Of a stretch of 64,000 nt of DNA, positions 61,860 to 64,000 are shown piece after piece. Position numbers and translations under genes: made by a program. This DNA comes from Paragordius varius (lineage: Eukaryota; Animalia; Nematomorpha), in NCBI GenBank assembly GCA_964247055.1, contig OZ176058.1, forward strand, positions 4,340,001 to 4,404,000, written 5' to 3'. Within the stretch, counting starts at the first letter, position 1. Each line of letters opens with the position of its first letter. Below the pieces are notes generated by a model that was not told the origin of the DNA, did no database searches, and saw nothing but the letters and a program-made list of their open reading frames with translations.

Positions 61860-64000
61860 GTATTATTTTTTAGAAAAAGGGCTAGTTTTTGCCCATACTC
61901 GCGTTTAGAGTGAATTCGCTCTTAAAAAGTTTTAAAAAGTATTTTAAAAGTAAAAAATATTATTTTATTTAATTAAAATAGTATTTTTTTTAAGAAAAAA
62001 GGGCTAACTTTTGCCCATACTCGCGTTTGGAGTGAATTCGCCCTTAAAAAGTTTTATAAAGTTTTGTTTTAAAAGTTTTCAAAAGTTTTAAAAAATATTT
62101 TAAAAGTTTTTTATAGCAATATTTTAATCAAAAAATGAAGTATTATTAAATAAAAAATGGGGTTTTATTAAATAAAATAGTATTATTTTAAAGAAACAGC
62201 TGTATTTTAATTATAAAAATAAGGGTTTTATTAAATAAAATAGTATTATTTTTAAGAAAAAGGGCTAACTTTTGCCCATACTCGCGTTTAGAGTAAATTC
62301 GCCCTTAAAAAATTTTAAAAAGTTGTTAAAAGTTTTTTTTTACAAAAAAGTTTTGAAAAAGTATTTCAAAAGTTTTTTATAGCAACATTTTAATTAAAAA
62401 TGGGGTTTATTTAAATAAAATAGTATTATTTTTAAGAAAAAGGGCTAGATTTTGCCCATATTAGCATTTAAAATGAATTCTCCCTTTAGTTTGAAAAAGT
62501 TTTTAGAAGTTTTTTTTTACAAAAAAGTTTTATAATTTTTTTGAGGAATTCGAAAAAGTATTAAATTTAAAAAGTTTCAAAATTACAAAACGATATACTT
62601 TTTATATATAAAAGGCTAACTTTTGCCCATACTCGCGTTTAGATTGAATTCGCCCTTAAAAAGTTTTCAAAAGTTTAAGATTTTCAAAAGTTTTAAAAAG
62701 TATTTCAATAGTAAAAAAATACTTTTTTATTAATCAAATATAGTGTTATTTATAAGAAAAAGGGCTAGTTTTTGCCCATACTCGCGTTAAGAGTGAATTT
62801 GCCCTTAAAAAGTTTTGTTTTAAAAGTTTTGAAAACTGAGATATTTTCAAAAGTAAAAAAACACTATTTTATTCAATAAAATGGTATTATTTTTAAGAAA
62901 CAGCTGTATTTTAATTATAAAAATAAGGGTTTTATTAAATAAAATAGTATTATTTTTAAAAAAAAGGGCTAACTTTTGCCCATACTCGCGTTTAGAGTGA
63001 ATTCGCCCTTAAAAAGTTTTAAAAAATTTTCAAAAGTTTTAAAATAAGTATTTCAAAAGTTTTTGATAGTTATATTAATATAAAATAATTTAAGATCTCA
63101 AAAAATGGGGTTTTATTAAATAAAATAATATTTTTATATATAAAAGGCTAACTTTTGCCCATACTCGCGTTTAGAGTGGATTCGCCCTTAAAAAGTTTTA
63201 AAAAGTTTTTGAAATTTCAAAATTCTCAAAAGTTTTGAAAAAGTATTTCAAAAGTATTTCAAAAGTTTTTTTTACAAAAAAGTTTGAATAATTTTTTTAA
63301 GGAATTTGAAAAATTATTTTAAAAAAAGTTTCAAAATTACAAAACAAAAGGTTAGTTAGCCTTCCCGTAGCGAAGTTTTGAAAAAGTATTTAAAAGTTTT
63401 TGATAGCTATATTGATAATATTCTCATAAGGTTTTATTAAATAAAAAAGTATTCCAATAAAAGTTTTTAATAACTATATTTTAATAAAATAATTTAAAAT
63501 CTCAAAAAATGGTTTTATTAAATAAAATAGTATTATTATAAAGAAAAGGGGCTAACTTTTGCCCATATTAGCGTTTAGAGTGAATTCGCCCTTTAAAAAG
63601 TTTTAAAAAGTTTTTATTTAAGATTTTCAAAAGATTCAATAAGTATTTCAAAAGTTTTTAAAGTTTTTAATAACTATATTTAACTAAAATAATTAAATAT
63701 TCCAAAAAATGAGGTTTTATTTAATTAAAAAGTATTATTAAGAAAAAAGGCAGGTTTTTGCCCATACTCGCGTTTAGAGTGAATTCGCCCTTAAAAAGAT
63801 TTAAAAAGTTTTGAAAAAGTATTTCAAAAGTTTTAAGAAAGTTTTGAAAAGTTTTTCAAAAGTTTTTGATAGCTATATTTTAATAAAAAAATGAAGTATT
63901 ATTTAAATAAAAAGTATTATTTTTAAGAAAAAAAGGCTAACTTTTGCCCATACTCGCGTTTAGAGTAAATTCGCCCTTAAAAAGTTTTGAAAACTTTAAG
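61860..64000 (-). repeat. Intronic tandem array (about 120-260 bp units) carrying 11 copies of the 3' splice site plus first about 40 nt of LysRS exon 61708
   Basis: CTTTTGCCCATACTCGCGTTTAGAGTGAATTCGCCCTTAAAAAG near 61891, 62013, 62274, 62454, 62625, 62774, 62978, 63157, 63561, 63760, 63946. Confidence 0.95.

Noticed and set aside
61860-64000. CRISPR-like appearance (conserved roughly 40-nt repeat separated by spacers); similar pattern at 43-46 kb and 19.9-22.4 kb
   Set aside because: The repeats are copies of LysRS exon ends, the spacers are long, variable in length and similar to each other, no cas genes are present, and the context is an intron-rich eukaryote.

Overview
This is very AT-rich eukaryotic (metazoan-type, GT-AG intron) DNA, not prokaryotic. 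I reconstructed the exons by eye using splice sites and reading phase. (1) At 1.0-8.5 kb (-) lies a phase-consistent multi-exon gene for an unrecognised membrane/secreted protein of about 330 aa. (2) At 10.5-40 kb is a tandem segmental-duplication cluster: two complete KChIP (Kv-channel-interacting, neuronal calcium sensor family) genes on + (11.1-17.8 kb and 33.1-39.5 kb), a 5'-truncated third copy (27.2-29.2 kb) and a duplicate of the last two lysyl-tRNA synthetase exons (19.6-23.0 kb, -). (3) At 40.8-64 kb (-) are 12 exons of cytosolic class II lysyl-tRNA synthetase; its 5' end lies beyond the window. The first 40 kb contains about 40 Tc1/mariner-type MITEs and a foldback-like element family. 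The LysRS introns instead consist largely of tandem arrays whose units are copies of the gene's own exon-intron junctions, giving dozens of decoy splice sites. One of these arrays is also a dense cluster of perfect heat-shock-element (nGAAn/nTTCn) motifs. Copy counts are manual and approximate, and the organism cannot be determined from the sequence.
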